DNA of 63,960 nucleotides, the filler included, from Globobulimina sp. (lineage: Eukaryota): assembly GCA_003354225.1 (NCBI GenBank). It is 42 parts of 42 records of this genome, joined end to end, with 100 filler letters (N's around TTAATTAATTAA, not from the genome) between each part and the next. Parts side by side here need not be neighbours in the genome. Positions count along the whole stretch, not along the records: positions 61,013 to 62,436 come from PIVH01016892.1; positions 62,537 to 63,960 come from PIVH01016893.1; 40 more parts are not named here. One strand, given 5' to 3'. The first letter of the stretch is position 1. Each line of letters starts with the position of its first letter. Shown in pieces: positions 61,013 through 63,960 of the stretch. Position numbers and translations under genes: made by a program. The notes beneath the pieces were generated by a model. The model made no database searches. It was not told where the DNA came from and saw only the letters and a list, made by a program, of their open reading frames with translations.

Positions 61013-62436
61013 ATCGGAGCAGATCGAAACATATTTGGTTTACCTTTTTTTTGCTGCTTGACTCGTTCCTCCACTCTTTTCGCTCTTTGCAGTGATCGTT
61101 TTAATCGTTCTTCATATTCTTTTTCCATTTTCAATACTTTCTCGCGTCGCAGTCTATCCCTCCGGTCTGCTTCTTTTTTTTTCTCTGCTTTCTTGCGTAC
61201 ATTTTCCGGCATTTGTTCTAATTTCACAATTAATGTTTCTAATAATTGTTCAATTTTGGCTAATTTGCCTAAAGTATCGGGTGTTTGTTCCGGATCGAAC
61301 CCGCACTCTGCAAAGACAGTGGCAACTTTATTACCTAAGTCGTCCAACAATGTTTGTTGTCGATTATCTCCCGAAGCACCTAATGCTTCCGATCTATTTC
61401 GTAAAATTGTAGCTTTGTCCTGTTGTATTTTTATTTTTGCAGTCATTTCGGAGATTGATGATTCTAATTCTGATGTTTTGGATTGCATCGTTTTCTTTGT
61501 TTCCTCAAATTTAGATTTTAATTCGTCAAATGCTTCCTCAGTCTCTTGCGCATTTTGTATCAAAAATAAATTCCTCTCTTCTAAGGTCGCAAATACATCC
61601 AATAATTGCTCTGGTTTTTTAAAATACATTTCATCCTCATTTGCATCACCAATCTGTTTGAATTCTGGCGGCGGTGATGGCGTCGGACTGTTTTCTTCAA
61701 TCTGTTCAATTTGAGATTCATTTTGTAACTCATCCGCTTCATCGTTTTGTTGCTTTGATGAAGCTAATTGTGACCGCCTTTCATCTCTTTCTTGATTTCG
61801 TTTGATTCGTTGTTGGTTTTCTATATTGTATTGTTCCACGACCTCTTTTCTATGTTGTTTCTTCTCTTTTTGTTGCACAAACCATTCCTTTGGAGACAGC
61901 TCATCCAAAAAAGCTTTATATTAGCGGCAATATGCTAAGGTTTCATTGTATTTATCCATTTCAGATTTTACTTTAGCTATTTCTTGATTTAATTTTTTGA
62001 TTTGGGATATCTTTTCTTGCTTTTCTTTGACTTCTTTTTCATGCCGTTTTATGGCTTCGTGAGCTTTGATGTCATTCTCTTTCAAAAATGCATCAAACCG
62101 CAAAGCATCCTCTTCCAACATTAGCTCAGATTTCAGCAATGCCTGTTCTTTCATTTGTGCCTTTTCTTCCAATTTTCGGATTTCATCGTGTTTTGTGTCC
62201 AATGACATTTGCACTAAAAACATTTCTCGTTTTTTCTCGATAAAGTCCGCCATATTTTCCTTTTCTCGCCGTCGTTCGCCCAAAATGTTTGAGTGTTTGC
62301 TGTGTTTTGATTTTAAGGAGGATTCGAATTTCACTCTATTTACGCCACCGCCACTATGCTTGCTCGACTTCTCCCAAATTTTCATATTTTTGGATTGTTT
62401 TCGTTTCTCATTTTTCTCCTCTCGTTGTTTCAAACG
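61013..62436 (-). CDS. CFAP100: Cilia/flagella-associated protein CFAP100-like with one in-frame TAA (61921-61923)
   Basis: KKREMFLVQMSLDTK..EI.KLEE...LEEDA.RFD.FLKEND, YK.FLD.L.P.EW, MYF..P.QLLD.F..LEE.NLFLIQN.QETEE and GKP.MFRS.P. Confidence 0.85.
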
Positions 62437-63094
62437 NNNNNNNNNNNNNNNNNNNNNNNNNNNNNNNNNNNNNNNNNNNNTTAATTAATTAANNNNNNNN
62501 NNNNNNNNNNNNNNNNNNNNNNNNNNNNNNNNNNNNATTAAATGATATTTTGCCATTGGAACTTGACAAAGGTTATATAAATCCTTTGCAACTAATTCAA
62601 AATTCATTCGATCTCTCATATGGTTAAATGATATGATATATGCACCAATGGATTGTGGTAATGATGCAAATAAATGATTTGTATTCGATACATTGGCTTT
62701 GGGTTTCTTTTTATTCTTTCGATTGATGAAAAATTGTTGTATGTAAGTTGCATAGCTTGTGTTTTTATCCTAACATATTATTTGTTTATTTGCTTTGGTA
62801 ACGGATTGTTATTACAAAGCCAAATGGAAAGTATGTTAACTGTATGATGGCTATGATCAGTCCATATTTGATTAATTATTTGTTTAATCATAGGATTTTG
62901 AGGTTGGGATTCTTTAAACGCGGAAACTATTAAATGTTTCAAGTCTGATTTCTCCATTGATGACAAACAAGACAGTAATTTTTTTTTCGAACATGATTCA
63001 ATTCCTGCAATAATACTTGCAATGGACAAAGCATTCAAGTCTGCCATGGTTCTATAGTAACAAAGAGTTTTTAATTTCTACTGTAAAAATCAGA

Positions 63095-63897
63095 ATGTCT
63101 GTAGTGAAAGAACCATCAAAAGTTGCAACCACTTTGGGAGAAAAAATATATCAATATAGCCGTTTATGTGCCTGGTTCATGTGGTTTTTTTTCTTATTTA
63201 CAATTCACGAGGATTCATATTTTAACAAAGCTTATTTACCAAATCTTAATAGAAATTACAACAAAAATTTAGCAAAACTGCACTATTGAGATGTTTATTG
63301 TTAATTGTTTTGTTTGGATTGCATCATTCAATATTTATTCGACAATCTGTGAAACAATACCTATTAAAAAAATTATCATTGAGTGAAACACGACAGTTAG
63401 AGATTTATGCTGCAGTCTCCGTTGGATTTTTATATGTTATTCCAATATTTTGGTCATATCCATCTAACAATATTGGCGGTGGAATTATATGGAATCTATT
63501 TGATGGCTATATCGTTGTCAATAATATTATGTTAATTGCTATGGTTAAATTATTTTTTTATATCTTGCAAGATTTAGAAAAGCGTGGAATAATTCAATCT
63601 GATACAATTGTCATGGAAGGTTGTTATGGCATTGTTCGCCATCCAGCACAAGGATGCATTTTAGGGATGACGTGGTTTACTCCATATATGACTGTGCCAC
63701 GCTTGGTATTCTCAATCATATTATCAGTTTATATTGTAATTGGATTATACTTTGAAGAACAGGATTTAATAAGAAAAGTTGGTCAAAGCTATATTGATTA
63801 CAAAAAAGTAGTACCTGCGCTTATTCCATATAGATTGCTAAACACGTTATGTTCGAGCTTGCGTCCAACCAAAATCAAATCGAACAAGCAGCTATAA
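63095..63897 (+). CDS. Nurim/MddA (ICMT/PEMT-like) membrane methyltransferase family protein, frameshift near 63253-63286
   Basis: LFGLHHS..R, YGIVRHP, TPYMT..R, Y..IG..FEE.DL...G..Y..YKK.VP.LIP; the N-terminus is in a different frame. Confidence 0.75.
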
Positions 63898-63960
63898 ATG
63901 ATTCCAGATATTACATTCTAACATAATAAATTTCTTAATTAAAGTTTTCTGATTTGGTCG

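Noticed and set aside
5252-61923. Alternative genetic code (TAA/TAG reassigned) suggested by several in-frame stops
   Set aside because: Each affected gene has only one such stop among many normal Gln and Lys codons, TAA ends most genes, and the cases span host, transposon and phage contigs.
61058-62488. Long plus-strand Ser/Phe-rich ORFs (also 44192-44593, 4883-5413 and similar)
   Set aside because: Antisense shadows of Lys/Glu-rich genes on the other strand.

Overview
This is not one locus. It is 42 unrelated contigs of about 1,424-1,427 bp, sorted by decreasing length and joined by artificial 100-nt spacers (44 N + TTAATTAATTAA + 44 N), so neighbourhood across spacers means nothing. Most contigs come from an AT-rich eukaryote with short GT-AG introns. 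The gene mix (7TM-RGS, ART-like, F-box/LRR-like, MYND, Cys-rich surface proteins, CFAP100) suggests a protist, possibly a foraminiferan; that assignment is inference. Recognisable genes include a metallophosphoesterase, thioredoxin, SDR, DnaJA, USP, eIF3a-like, flavocytochrome b2, MFS transporter, aspartic protease, PUB/UBX protein, SART3-like protein and CFAP100. Mobile DNA includes two DIRS/Ngaro-type tyrosine-recombinase retrotransposon fragments, a Penelope-like element, a probable LINE 3' end and several MITE-like families. Three contigs look non-host: a Mimiviridae-like contig (15264-16689) and two phage-like contigs (22894-24319, 59489-60912). The most striking signal is in 22894-24319: phage-type genes packaged as integron-like cassettes between attC-like sites, with complementary cassette ends and ORFs antisense to the attC sites. 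The same contig has a promoter-terminator unit that could make an anti-Shine-Dalgarno small RNA. All family calls are by motif recognition only; no database searches were run.
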